A stretch of DNA of 64,000 nucleotides from an uncultured Verrucomicrobiota bacterium (GTDB lineage Bacteria; Verrucomicrobiota; Kiritimatiellia; CAJWTS01): NCBI GenBank assembly GCA_913047795.1, contig CAJWTS010000001.1:22866-86865 (forward strand), read 5' to 3'. The notes under the pieces were generated by a model, which was given only the letters and a program-made list of their open reading frames with translations, did no database searches and was not told where the DNA came from. Positions 47,243 through 56,530 of the stretch are shown in pieces (positions within the stretch are counted from its first letter, which is position 1; every line of letters begins with the position of its first letter). The position numbers and the translations under genes are program-made.

Positions 47243-48598
47243 CTATCGACGCTTGTCCTCCTTGTGGCGTGACCGGAAACGCAAGACTAGTGGCGCACCC
47301 TCCAGGCCAAAATGACTCCGGATCTCACGTTCGATATACGTGCGATAGGCCGGTTGAATACCGCGCGGTGCGTTGACAAACATTTCGATCCGCAGCGGTT
47401 GCCGGCCGACCTGTGTGCAGTAGTAGACCTTCAGCGGCCGTCCCTTGACGACCGGCGCCTGGACGCGATCGAAGGCGTCGTGCACCACGCGGTTCAAGAC
47501 GCCCGTGGGCAATTGGGCCTGAATTTGGGCCGCGACGTGGTCTACGGCCTCGACGCTCTTGCGGATGTTGTAACCGGTCTTCGCGGACAGGTAGACCACC
47601 GGTATGTCACGCAAGAAGAAGAGGTCCTTGTAAAGTTGGGGGCCAAACGTTCGTTGTGTGGTTCCGTCCATGCAGTCCCACTTGTTGACCACGAGCAGGC
47701 AGCCGCGGTTCTCGCGCTGGATCAGGCCCGCGATCTTCTTGTCCTGTGCGGTCGCGCCGGTCGTCGCGTCGATCATCATGATCACGACGTCCGCACGCTT
47801 GATGCTGCTCTCCGCGCGCATCGAGCTGAATTTTTCGACCGCGGTCGAGACTTTGCCTCGGCGCCGAATGCCGGCTGTATCGGTCAGAACGTAATGGCGT
47901 GCTTGCGGCCCGAGCCCGAGTTGGAAAGGAACGTCGATGCTGTCGCGCGTGGTGCCGGGGGTGTCCGAGACGATAACCCGGTCGCTGCGCAAGAGGCGAT
48001 TGACATACGAGGACTTGCCGACGTTGGGGCGGCCGACAATCGCGACCCGAAGCGGGTCGTCGAGGCTTTCGTTCGCCGTCTCAGGCAGCATGGCGAGAAC
48101 GGCATCCATCAGGTCGCCGAATCCGCGATTGTGCAAGGCCGATACGGGGAAGGTGTCAAATCCCAGGTCGCGTGCCGAATCGGCCAGGTCGTCGTGCTGG
48201 ACCGTGTCGGCCTTATTCGCCGCGACGAAGACCGTTCGTCCGCTTTCGCGCAAGAGGCGTGCGACCTCTTCGTCAAGTGGCTGCACGCCGACGGATAAAT
48301 CGACAACAAAGATGACCACCGACGCGTCTTCCAGGGCGATGTCGACCTGCTCACGCACCCCACGCTCGATCTGGTCGGCGCTTGTCGCCCGATCGATGTT
48401 GCCCACGCCGCCGGTATCGATCAGGTTGAATCGATCCTGTGACCAGCGTGCTTCGGCGACGAGCCGGTCCCGCGTGACGCCACTCTCCTCGTGCACGATG
48501 GCCAGCCGGCGACCGACGAGACGGTTGAAGATCGAGGACTTACCCACGTTGGGTCGTCCAACAATCGCCACCAGTCGATTTAAAGATTCGTCACTCAT
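47243..48598 (-). CDS. der: Ribosome-associated GTPase Der (EngA)
   Basis: Two tandem GTPase domains with G1 motifs GRPNVGKSS (twice), DTGG/DTAG and NKxD, plus a C-terminal KH-like domain. Start at MSDESLNRL (48598). Confidence 0.9.
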   Translation of the reverse strand: MSDESLNRLVAIVGRPNVGKSSIFNRLVGRRLAIVHEESGVTRDRLVAEARWSQDRFNLIDTGGVGNIDRATSADQIERGVREQVDIALEDASVVIFVVDLSVGVQPLDEEVARLLRESGRTVFVAANKADTVQHDDLADSARDLGFDTFPVSALHNRGFGDLMDAVLAMLPETANESLDDPLRVAIVGRPNVGKSSYVNRLLRSDRVIVSDTPGTTRDSIDVPFQLGLGPQARHYVLTDTAGIRRRGKVSTAVEKFSSMRAESSIKRADVVIMMIDATTGATAQDKKIAGLIQRENRGCLLVVNKWDCMDGTTQRTFGPQLYKDLFFLRDIPVVYLSAKTGYNIRKSVEAVDHVAAQIQAQLPTGVLNRVVHDAFDRVQAPVVKGRPLKVYYCTQVGRQPLRIEMFVNAPRGIQPAYRTYIEREIRSHFGLEGAPLVLRFRSRHKEDKRR

Positions 48599-48665
48599 CG
48601 TATACTTCGGCGAATCGCGCCGGTCGCAGGGAGGAAAGACTCCATCCGGCCGCGCGACCAATTAA

Positions 48666-49997
48666 TCATGTGGCCGGGTCTCCGTCTGCGTAAGTTTCCA
48701 GCGTGCGATCGATCCGCGTCAGGACACGGTCGCGGCCGATGACTTCCAGCATTTCGAACAGGCCGGGCCCCTGCATCGTGCCGGAGACCGCGACGCGGAT
48801 GGGATGGATCAACTGGCCAGGGGAGGCCTCACCTGCCTCCGCGGCCTCGCGAATGCAGGTCTCCGTGGTGGCTGCGTCAAAATCGGGTAGGGTCGCAAGG
48901 GCGTCGCGAATTTCCGCAAGTGTCTCGCGTGCGCCTTCCTTTAAGAGGCGCTTACGAACGGCCTTCGCGTCGTAGGGATAGTCCTCGCAGAAGAAATAGC
49001 CGGCGGCGGCCGGTACGTTAGCGTACAAGCTCGTGCGCTCGTGCATCAGGCGCGCGACGGCCGCCAGGTAGTCAGGCGCCACGTCCAGGTTGAGGCCCGC
49101 CGCGCCCCGCAGGGCCTGTTCGAACTGTTGCCGGAATTCGTCCGGGTCGAGGGCGCGGATATATTCGCCGTTCATCCACTCGCATTTTCGAACATCCATT
49201 TGCGCGGGAGACGAATGAATCCGGTCAAAATCGAAGAGGGCGATCATCTCGTCGCGGCTCAGCACCTCGCGGTCGTCGCCGGGCGACCAGCCCAGCAGGA
49301 CAAGAAAGTTGAAAAAGGCCTGCGGCAAGAATCCCTGGTCACGGAATTCTCCAACGAACGCGGCCCCGTCCCGCTTCGAGTAGGGCTTTTTCTGTTCGTT
49401 GACGATCATCGGCAGGTGCGCATAGATCGGGGGCTCGGCACCGAGTGCCGCGAAGAGCGCGAGATGCCGGAAGGTGTTTTCGACGTGATCGTCGCCACGG
49501 ATGATGTGCGTGATGCCCATCTCAATGTCGTCCACGACGTTGGCCAGGTGGAAAACCGGCGTGCCGTTGGAGCGCACGATAACGAGGTCCTGCATGTCTT
49601 CGCCGCGCTTCTGCAACGGGCCCTTAACCGCGTCTTCGAAGCGGCGGTCGTCCGCGGGCATTCGGAAGACGATGCATTCGCCCGGGTCGTTTTCTCCACG
49701 TCGTTCGCGATAGGCCAGGTCGCGCGCAAGGAGGTCCTCCGCGGCTGCGAGATGCGCTTCGCGCCGGGCGGATTGGTACATCGGTTCCGCGTCAGCCCCG
49801 AGACCCAGCCAGGCCATGGCGTCGGTGACGGCCTGCACGGCTTCGGGCGTTGAACGTTCGCGGTCGGTATCTTCGATGCGCAGCAGAAAGCGACCGTTCG
49901 TATGGCGCGCGTACAGCCAGTTGTAAATGGCGACGCGGATGTTGCCAATATGAACCTGTCCCGTGGGGCTTGGTGCAAATCGAACAATGGTGGTCAT
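48666..49997 (-). CDS. gltX: Glutamate--tRNA ligase
   Basis: RFAPSPTGQVHIGN (HIGH motif) at the N-terminus and class I GluRS blocks (IEDTDRERS). Start at MTTIVRF (49997). Confidence 0.85.
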   Translation of the reverse strand: MTTIVRFAPSPTGQVHIGNIRVAIYNWLYARHTNGRFLLRIEDTDRERSTPEAVQAVTDAMAWLGLGADAEPMYQSARREAHLAAAEDLLARDLAYRERRGENDPGECIVFRMPADDRRFEDAVKGPLQKRGEDMQDLVIVRSNGTPVFHLANVVDDIEMGITHIIRGDDHVENTFRHLALFAALGAEPPIYAHLPMIVNEQKKPYSKRDGAAFVGEFRDQGFLPQAFFNFLVLLGWSPGDDREVLSRDEMIALFDFDRIHSSPAQMDVRKCEWMNGEYIRALDPDEFRQQFEQALRGAAGLNLDVAPDYLAAVARLMHERTSLYANVPAAAGYFFCEDYPYDAKAVRKRLLKEGARETLAEIRDALATLPDFDAATTETCIREAAEAGEASPGQLIHPIRVAVSGTMQGPGLFEMLEVIGRDRVLTRIDRTLETYADGDPAT

Positions 49998-50255
49998 GCT
50001 GTTGGCGCCCTTCGCGCGGTCACATTGCCGCCCTTCGCGGCGGGGTAGACGCGCTCGATTACGAATGCTTCCTGATTCGGAAGCCGCGTAACGTACACCA
50101 GCCTGCGAGGCCGGTCGAGCGCAAGATATGCGGCGCCGGTGGATGCCTCCGAATGGCGTATTCCCGCTTGCTCCGAGGCGACCAATAATGCCATAGATGG
50201 GTGTCACGGTGTTGGCCGATTGGGAGCCGGCACCGAATCACGGAGAGGCCGAGAA

Positions 50256-51527
50256 ATGATCCCTAAAACAGACGATCAGTCGATTGAACGCGCCTATCCG
50301 GAGGCGCGTGAACGCTACGCGGCCTACGGCGTCGATACGGACCGCGCCATTCAGCGGCTCGCGGACATCGCTATCTCGTTGCATTGCTGGCAGGGCGATG
50401 ATGTCGGCGGCTTTGACTCGGACCGCGAGCTGAGCGGCGGCATACTGTCGACCGGCAACTACCCGGGCAAGGCCCGAACGGCGGACGAGCTGCGCGGCGA
50501 CCTGGATAAGACCCTTGCGCTCATTCCCGGGACACACCGCCTGAGCCTGCACGCGATGTACGCCGAGACCGGCGGCGCTGTGGATCGCAACGCATTGCAG
50601 CCGGAACATTTCGCATCGTGGATCGACTGGGCGCGCGGCCAGGGGATCGGAATGGATTTCAATGGATCGTTTTTCTCACACCCGAAGGCGGATGAGGGGT
50701 TTACGCTGGCCAGCAACGACGCCGGGATTCGCCAGTTCTGGATCGAACATGCCATCGCCTGCCGCAAGATTGGCGAACACATGGGGCGCGAACTGGGCAG
50801 CGTATCGATCAACAACCTCTGGATCCCGGATGGACTGAAAGATATGCCGGCCGATCGCAAGGCGCCGCGCGAACGGTTGCGGGAGTCGCTGGACACGATC
50901 TTCGCGGAGAAGATCGACCCCACCGTTTATCGCGACGCGATCGAGAGCAAGCTGTTCGGGATCGGCTCGGAAAGCTATGTGGTCGGATCCTTCGAGTTTT
51001 ACTATGGCTACGCGGTCGCCAACGAGCTGATCCTCTGCCTGGACGCCGGACACTTTCATCCGACCGAGGTCATCTCGGACAAGATATCGTCCGTGCTTCT
51101 TTACATCGATGAGCTCCTGCTGCACGTCAGCCGCGGCGTCCGATGGGATAGCGACCACGTCGTCCTGCTCACCGATGAATTGCGGGCCATCGGAGAGGAA
51201 CTGGTGCGCGGGGAATTTCTCGACCGGGTTCACGTCGGCCTCGACTTCTTCGACGCCAGCATCAATCGCCTGGCGGCGTGGACGATCGGCACCCGCGCGA
51301 CGCTGAAATCGTTGTTGCTCGCCCTGCTCGAGCCGCGTGCCCAGCTGATGGAATTCGAAGCGAGCGGCGATTTCACCTCACGGCTGGCCTTGCTCGAGGA
51401 GCTGAAGCAGTTGCCCCAGGGCGCGGTCTGGGATTACCACTGCCGCGCGCAAGATGTGCCGGCCGGCCTTGATTGGCTTGACGAGATCAAGCAGTACGAG
51501 AAGGACGTGCTCTCGGCCCGGGACTAG
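50256..51527 (+). CDS. rhaA: L-rhamnose isomerase
   Basis: Alignable by eye to E. coli RhaA over its whole length: [81 protein letters not shown] before ATG 50256. Confidence 0.9.
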   Translation: MIPKTDDQSIERAYPEARERYAAYGVDTDRAIQRLADIAISLHCWQGDDVGGFDSDRELSGGILSTGNYPGKARTADELRGDLDKTLALIPGTHRLSLHAMYAETGGAVDRNALQPEHFASWIDWARGQGIGMDFNGSFFSHPKADEGFTLASNDAGIRQFWIEHAIACRKIGEHMGRELGSVSINNLWIPDGLKDMPADRKAPRERLRESLDTIFAEKIDPTVYRDAIESKLFGIGSESYVVGSFEFYYGYAVANELILCLDAGHFHPTEVISDKISSVLLYIDELLLHVSRGVRWDSDHVVLLTDELRAIGEELVRGEFLDRVHVGLDFFDASINRLAAWTIGTRATLKSLLLALLEPRAQLMEFEASGDFTSRLALLEELKQLPQGAVWDYHCRAQDVPAGLDWLDEIKQYEKDVLSARD

Positions 51528-51566
51528 TCCTGTCGGGCCGGACTCTCGGTGCCTCGGAAAAGCGAC

Positions 51567-52778
51567 ATGGACCTGCAGCTTCTGGAGCGTACCCGGCAAT
51601 CGTTCCGCGAACGCTTCGATCGCGACGCGACCGTGCATGCCTATGCGCCCGGACGAATTGAGGTGCTGGGGAACCACACCGACTACAACGAGGGATTCGT
51701 CTTGTCTGCCGCCATCGACCGGGGCACCTATTTCCTGGCCGCTCCCGCTGCCGGTCCCGACGTGTGCCTCGTGGCCCGTGATCTCGAGGACGAGGTTGTC
51801 TTTCCGGTTGCGCAGCCCGGACGCAGCAAGGCCGGTGCCTGGTCTAACTACGTCCGTGGCGTCTGTGCGAAATGTCTCGCCGACCCCTCGCCGGGATTCG
51901 ATGCGATGATCGCCGGTGATCTGCCGCTTGGCGCGGGTCTTTCCAGTTCGGCCGCGCTGGAAATGTCCACGGGCCTTGCCTTGCTGGATCTCTACGCGCT
52001 CCCGTATGACCGCATCGCGCTTGCCCGGGCCGGGCAGGCCGCGGAGCACGAATACGCCGGCGCGAAGTGCGGCCTGCTCGACCAGGTCACGAGCCTGTTC
52101 GGTCGCGCCGGTCACCTGGTTATGACGGACTTCCGGAGTCTCGAGATCGAAACCATGCCGCTCCGAGCAAACAGCCGGTTTCTTGTGTGCAATACGGGTG
52201 TGCAACACAGTCTTGTTGAATCGGAATACAACGCGCGTCGGGAGGACTGTGAAGCGGCCGCCGCGGCCTTTGCCCGGGTCTGTGACCAGTCCGTCGCAGC
52301 CCTGCGCGACGTCACGCCGGACGACTGGCGAGTGCACAGCAGCGGCATGGACGAACGCATGGCGCGCCGGGCGGCGCACGTCATCGGTGAAAACGAGCGG
52401 GTGCTGGTCGGCCGCGCCATGCTCCAGGCCGGCGATTTGGAAGGGTTCGGCGCGAGTCTGTATGCGTCGCATGCGAGCTCGCAGAACAATTTCGAGAATT
52501 CCTGCGCGGAACTCGATACACTTGTTGAGGCCGCGCGGAGCATCGCGGGTATATACGGGGCACGGCTGTCCGGAGGTGGTTTTGGCGGCAGTGTCATTGT
52601 GTTGGTGGATGCGGCGGCCGTTGAAGCGGCGTCGGTCGAATTGCGCGCCGCGTACGCGCGCGAATATGGTGTGGAATGCGAGGTTGTGACCGTGACAGCG
52701 GCCGCGGGCGCGGCGTTGCTGACACCGGAGGGTCAGCCGCGTACAATCAATGGAGAACAGCAGAATGAAGTTACTTGA
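51567..52778 (+). CDS. GHMP-family sugar kinase, galactokinase-like
   Basis: Galactokinase signature PGRIEVLGNHTDYNEGFVL and GHMP ATP-binding motif GAGLSSSAALE. The first ATG at 51549 is an alternative start. Confidence 0.75.
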   Translation: MDLQLLERTRQSFRERFDRDATVHAYAPGRIEVLGNHTDYNEGFVLSAAIDRGTYFLAAPAAGPDVCLVARDLEDEVVFPVAQPGRSKAGAWSNYVRGVCAKCLADPSPGFDAMIAGDLPLGAGLSSSAALEMSTGLALLDLYALPYDRIALARAGQAAEHEYAGAKCGLLDQVTSLFGRAGHLVMTDFRSLEIETMPLRANSRFLVCNTGVQHSLVESEYNARREDCEAAAAAFARVCDQSVAALRDVTPDDWRVHSSGMDERMARRAAHVIGENERVLVGRAMLQAGDLEGFGASLYASHASSQNNFENSCAELDTLVEAARSIAGIYGARLSGGGFGGSVIVLVDAAAVEAASVELRAAYAREYGVECEVVTVTAAAGAALLTPEGQPRTINGEQQNEVT

Positions 52779-53811
52779 AACATTGACCCAGACGCCCGGC
52801 ATTGCCGGACGCGAGCAGCGCATGCGAGACCTGATCCTGCGCGAGACCAGGGGGCTTTTTGACGAGACCCGTGTGGACCCGATCGGCAACCTGATTGCGG
52901 TTCGCCACGCCCGCCCGCCGAAGAGCACGGCAAAAAAGAAAAAACCGGTCAAGATCATGCTCGCCGCACACATGGACCAGATTGGATTCATGGTGCGTCA
53001 TGTCGACGACGATGGATTTTTGTGGCTCCAGGCGGTCGGCGGATTTGATACGCGCAATTTGTTTGCGCGCATGGTGACCGTTTGCACGGAGGACGGCGAC
53101 ATTCCGGGGGTACTGAACCCGGGCGGCAAGCCGATCCACATCGCCTCGGCGGAGGACCGAAAGAAGGTCCCGGACCTTGACGCCTTCTTCGTGGATCTGG
53201 GCCTGACCGGGCGACAGGTGAGCAAGCGGGTGCGCATCGGAGACATGGTCGTCATCCGCGCACCGTTCACACGGGTCGGCCGCATGATCACGGCGCAGGC
53301 GTTGGACAACCGGATTGCCTGCTGGGTAGCCATTCGCGCGATCGAGCAATTGAAGGCGCACCATTGCGAGATTCACTGTGCGTTTACGTCGCAGGAAGAG
53401 GTCGGTTGCCGCGGCGCCGGCCCGGCGGCGGACTCGATCCAGCCCGATATTGCGATCGCGCTGGATACAACGCTCTGTTGCGACACGCCCGGTGTGCCAT
53501 CGACCGACTCCGTTACGCGCCAGGGAGAGGGCGCCGGCTTGATGGTGATGGACTCCTCGACGATCAATGATGAGGAGCTGCTGCGGACGTTTGAATCGCT
53601 TGCCGCCAAACGAAAAATCAAGGCCCAGCGCACGATTCTGCCGCGCGGCGGGACCGACGCTTCGACGATCCAGCGCAAGGCCGCCGGCCATCGCGTGATG
53701 ACCGTTGTTTGTCCCGTGCGCTACATTCACACCGTAACGGAAACGACACACCTCGACGATCTCCACGCCTGTCGGGATCTCGTGGCGGCCTATCTCGCCT
53801 CGGTGCGGTGA
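52765..53811 (+). CDS. M42 family metallopeptidase (FrvX/YsdC-like aminopeptidase/endoglucanase family)
   Basis: MKLLETLTQTPGIAGRE opener typical of M42. Metal-ligand blocks AHMDQIGF, DNR and EEVG. GGAGAA RBS. Overlaps the kinase stop by 14 nt. Confidence 0.75.
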   Translation: MKLLETLTQTPGIAGREQRMRDLILRETRGLFDETRVDPIGNLIAVRHARPPKSTAKKKKPVKIMLAAHMDQIGFMVRHVDDDGFLWLQAVGGFDTRNLFARMVTVCTEDGDIPGVLNPGGKPIHIASAEDRKKVPDLDAFFVDLGLTGRQVSKRVRIGDMVVIRAPFTRVGRMITAQALDNRIACWVAIRAIEQLKAHHCEIHCAFTSQEEVGCRGAGPAADSIQPDIAIALDTTLCCDTPGVPSTDSVTRQGEGAGLMVMDSSTINDEELLRTFESLAAKRKIKAQRTILPRGGTDASTIQRKAAGHRVMTVVCPVRYIHTVTETTHLDDLHACRDLVAAYLASVR

Positions 53812-55409
53812 GCAACGGCCTGCTCCAGCGCCTCGGGGGTGAGACCCGGTTCGACGTCGTGGTCGTCGGCGGTGGAATCAACGGCGCCGGCATCGTGCGT
53901 GACGCCGCGATCCGCGGTTACAAAGTCCTGTTGGTCGAGGCGCATGATTTCGCTTCGGGCACCAGTTCGCGATCCAGCAAATTGATTCACGGCGGACTGC
54001 GATACCTGGAGCACGGCGAATTCCGCCTGGTTTTTGAATCCTGTCGGGAACGCTTCGTGCTCGCGCAACAACTGCCGCATCTCGTGCGCCCGATCCGGAT
54101 TACGATCCCGGTCTACACGGGTGCGCGTCGCAACGCCCTGTTGATCCGTACCGGGGTTGCCCTCTATGACCTGCTCGCCGGAACACGGGGCCTCGGGCGC
54201 GGACGTTCGGTCAATCGTCAGGATCTGATCGACGAGCGTCTCGTCGCGGACGGACTCACGGGCGGCGTATCTTTTGTCGATTGCCAGATGGACGACGCTC
54301 GGGTCTGTCTCGAAACGCTGATCGATGCCGAGGGCCGTTCCGCGCGATGCTTGAACTACGTGCGCGCCGACGCCCTGGCGGAGACGGACACCGGGGAGCG
54401 GACCCTTTCGCTCCGGGACGAGCGCTCCGGCGATCGCCAGGACGTCACCGCGCGAGTTGTGGTTAATGCCACGGGGCCCTGGTCCGATATCACGGCGCAG
54501 TCTCTGACAGGCACGAGGACCGGCCGTCTGCAGTTGAATCGCGGATGTCACATCGTTACTCGCCGACCGATCTCCCGGCGCGCCCTGCTGTTGCCCTCGC
54601 GCGACGACCGTCGCGTGTTCTTTGTCTTGCCGTTTCGGTCAACGACGTTGATTGGAACAACGGAATCGGCCGTGGATTCGGCCGAGGACTTTGACCGGGT
54701 ATCCGCGGGCGAGATCGACTATCTGCTCCGCAATGTCAATGCGTACATGCCGGACCTCGGCATGACGCGGGACGACATCGCATTTGCGTTTGCCGGCACG
54801 CGGCCGCTGGCCTCCGGCCGCAGTCGTGGCGGCCTGTCCGAGGTCTCGCGCCGACACCAGGTGGTCGAGCAGGGCAATTTGCTGACCGTCATCGGGGGCA
54901 AGTATTCGACCTTTCGCGCCATCGCGGCCGATGCCGTCAACCGGATTGCGCGCCGACTCTCGGCCGAAGCGCCTGGTTGCCGCACGCTGACGACGCCGTT
55001 TGCCTGCGCCCGTTTTCGCGACTTCGAAACGTATGCATCGCATACCGTTGCGTCATACGTTGCCGGGGGCATGGCGGAAGGTTCGGCGCGGCACATCGTG
55101 CAGACCTATGGCAGTCGTCACGTGGAGATCGAGCGCCGCCTGGCGCGCGCCGGCCTCGCGGAGCCGCTGGCGGAAGGCGTGCCGCATCTGGCCGCGGAAC
55201 TGGTAACGGCCTTCGATGTTGAGCATGCCGCGACGCTGGAAGACTTCATGATTCGGCGCTCGGGACTGGCCTACCATCCCGATAACATGCGCCTTGCCGG
55301 TGCGGTCGCGGAGAAGGCAATTGCGCTCGGTCTGTTGGGAGAGGCCGCGGCCGAAGAACAGCTCGACGAGTTTCGCGAGACAGTCGAGGGGCCGCTCCGG
55401 CGCGCCTGA
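53808..55409 (+). CDS. FAD-dependent glycerol-3-phosphate dehydrogenase-like oxidoreductase
   Basis: GTG start overlapping the upstream stop (GTGA). FDVVVVGGGINGAGIVRDAAIRGYKVLLVE dinucleotide fold and GlpD-like blocks (SKLIHGGLRYLE). Confidence 0.75.
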   Translation: MSNGLLQRLGGETRFDVVVVGGGINGAGIVRDAAIRGYKVLLVEAHDFASGTSSRSSKLIHGGLRYLEHGEFRLVFESCRERFVLAQQLPHLVRPIRITIPVYTGARRNALLIRTGVALYDLLAGTRGLGRGRSVNRQDLIDERLVADGLTGGVSFVDCQMDDARVCLETLIDAEGRSARCLNYVRADALAETDTGERTLSLRDERSGDRQDVTARVVVNATGPWSDITAQSLTGTRTGRLQLNRGCHIVTRRPISRRALLLPSRDDRRVFFVLPFRSTTLIGTTESAVDSAEDFDRVSAGEIDYLLRNVNAYMPDLGMTRDDIAFAFAGTRPLASGRSRGGLSEVSRRHQVVEQGNLLTVIGGKYSTFRAIAADAVNRIARRLSAEAPGCRTLTTPFACARFRDFETYASHTVASYVAGGMAEGSARHIVQTYGSRHVEIERRLARAGLAEPLAEGVPHLAAELVTAFDVEHAATLEDFMIRRSGLAYHPDNMRLAGAVAEKAIALGLLGEAAAEEQLDEFRETVEGPLRRA

Positions 55410-55416
55410 CACGCCG

Positions 55417-56526
55417 TCAGTTGTAGAAGGCCGTGATCATCTCGACCACGTAGTTCGCCTGGTCGCCGCTGAGTTCAGGGTAGACAGGGATCGCCACGGT
55501 TTCACGTGCCGCCCGTTCGCTTTCCGGGAAATCACCTTCGCCGTGCCCGAGGCCGGCAAAACATTCCTGCCGATGCAGCGGTACCGGGTAATAGATCTCG
55601 CAACCGATTCCGGCGTCCTTGAGATGGGCCATCAGTTCGTCGCGACGGTCGGCGCGCAGGATATACTGGTTGTAGATGTGGCGATCGTCCGTTTCGGCCG
55701 GCAGGGTGACCTGCCCGTCGAGTCCGGACTGCGCAAAGAGCGCGGCGTAACGGCGGGCGTTCTGTTGCCGGGCTTCTGTCCAGGCGTCGAGATGACGCAG
55801 CTTGACCGCGACCACGGCGGCCTGGATCGCGTCCAGTCGAAAATTGCCACCGATGACGTGGTGATAGTACTTGGGCTTTCCGCCGTGTACGCGCAGAACG
55901 CGGAGACGCTCTGCCCGTTCGGCGTCGTTTGTTACGACCATGCCACCGTCGCCTGCACCGCCCAGGTTTTTGGAGGGGAAAAAGGACAGGCACCCGTAGT
56001 CACCGATCGATCCAGCGCGCCGCCCGTTGTATTCGGCACCGATCGCCTGCGCGGCGTCCTCGATGACGACCAGGTCATGATCGCGCGCCACCTGCATGAC
56101 CGGGTCCATGTCGGCCATGCGTCCATAGAGATGGACCGGTATGATCGCCTTGCAGCGTGGCGTGACGGCGGCGGCGAGAGCCGTGACATCCATGTTGAAA
56201 CTCTCCGGATCGATATCGACGAAAACCGGCGTTGCGCCGAGGCGCGTGACGGCTCCGGCCGTTGCAAAGAAGGTGTACGGCGTCGTGATCACCTCGTCTC
56301 CGGCGCCGATCCCCTCGGCCATCAACGCAACAAGGAGCGCATCGGAACCCGAGGAGACGCCGACCGCATGATCGCAGTTCGAATAGGCGGCCACGGCGGT
56401 TTCGCATTCTACGACGACCGGGCCGAGGATGAAGTGTTGCGACGCGAAGACGGTGGCGACGGCAGCGTCCACTTCCTCCTTGATGGAGCGGTATTGCGCG
56501 CGGAGATCGAGAAGCGGAACGTCCAT
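55417..56526 (-). CDS. DegT/DnrJ/EryC1/StrS family sugar aminotransferase (PLP-dependent)
   Basis: Fold-type I sugar aminotransferase blocks: [22 protein letters not shown], and the lysine region SFFPSKNLG. Confidence 0.85.
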   Translation of the reverse strand: MDVPLLDLRAQYRSIKEEVDAAVATVFASQHFILGPVVVECETAVAAYSNCDHAVGVSSGSDALLVALMAEGIGAGDEVITTPYTFFATAGAVTRLGATPVFVDIDPESFNMDVTALAAAVTPRCKAIIPVHLYGRMADMDPVMQVARDHDLVVIEDAAQAIGAEYNGRRAGSIGDYGCLSFFPSKNLGGAGDGGMVVTNDAERAERLRVLRVHGGKPKYYHHVIGGNFRLDAIQAAVVAVKLRHLDAWTEARQQNARRYAALFAQSGLDGQVTLPAETDDRHIYNQYILRADRRDELMAHLKDAGIGCEIYYPVPLHRQECFAGLGHGEGDFPESERAARETVAIPVYPELSGDQANYVVEMITAFYN

Positions 56527-56530
56527 GGGC

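Noticed and set aside
51378-52991. 537-aa antisense ORF over the GHMP kinase and neighbouring genes
   Set aside because: Arg/Gly-rich shadow. The sense strand has GHMP and M42 motifs.
53709-53807. Upstream extension of the GlpD-like ORF
   Set aside because: It overlaps the M42 gene. A GTG at 53808 overlapping the upstream stop is a classic coupled start, and the FAD-binding motif follows immediately.
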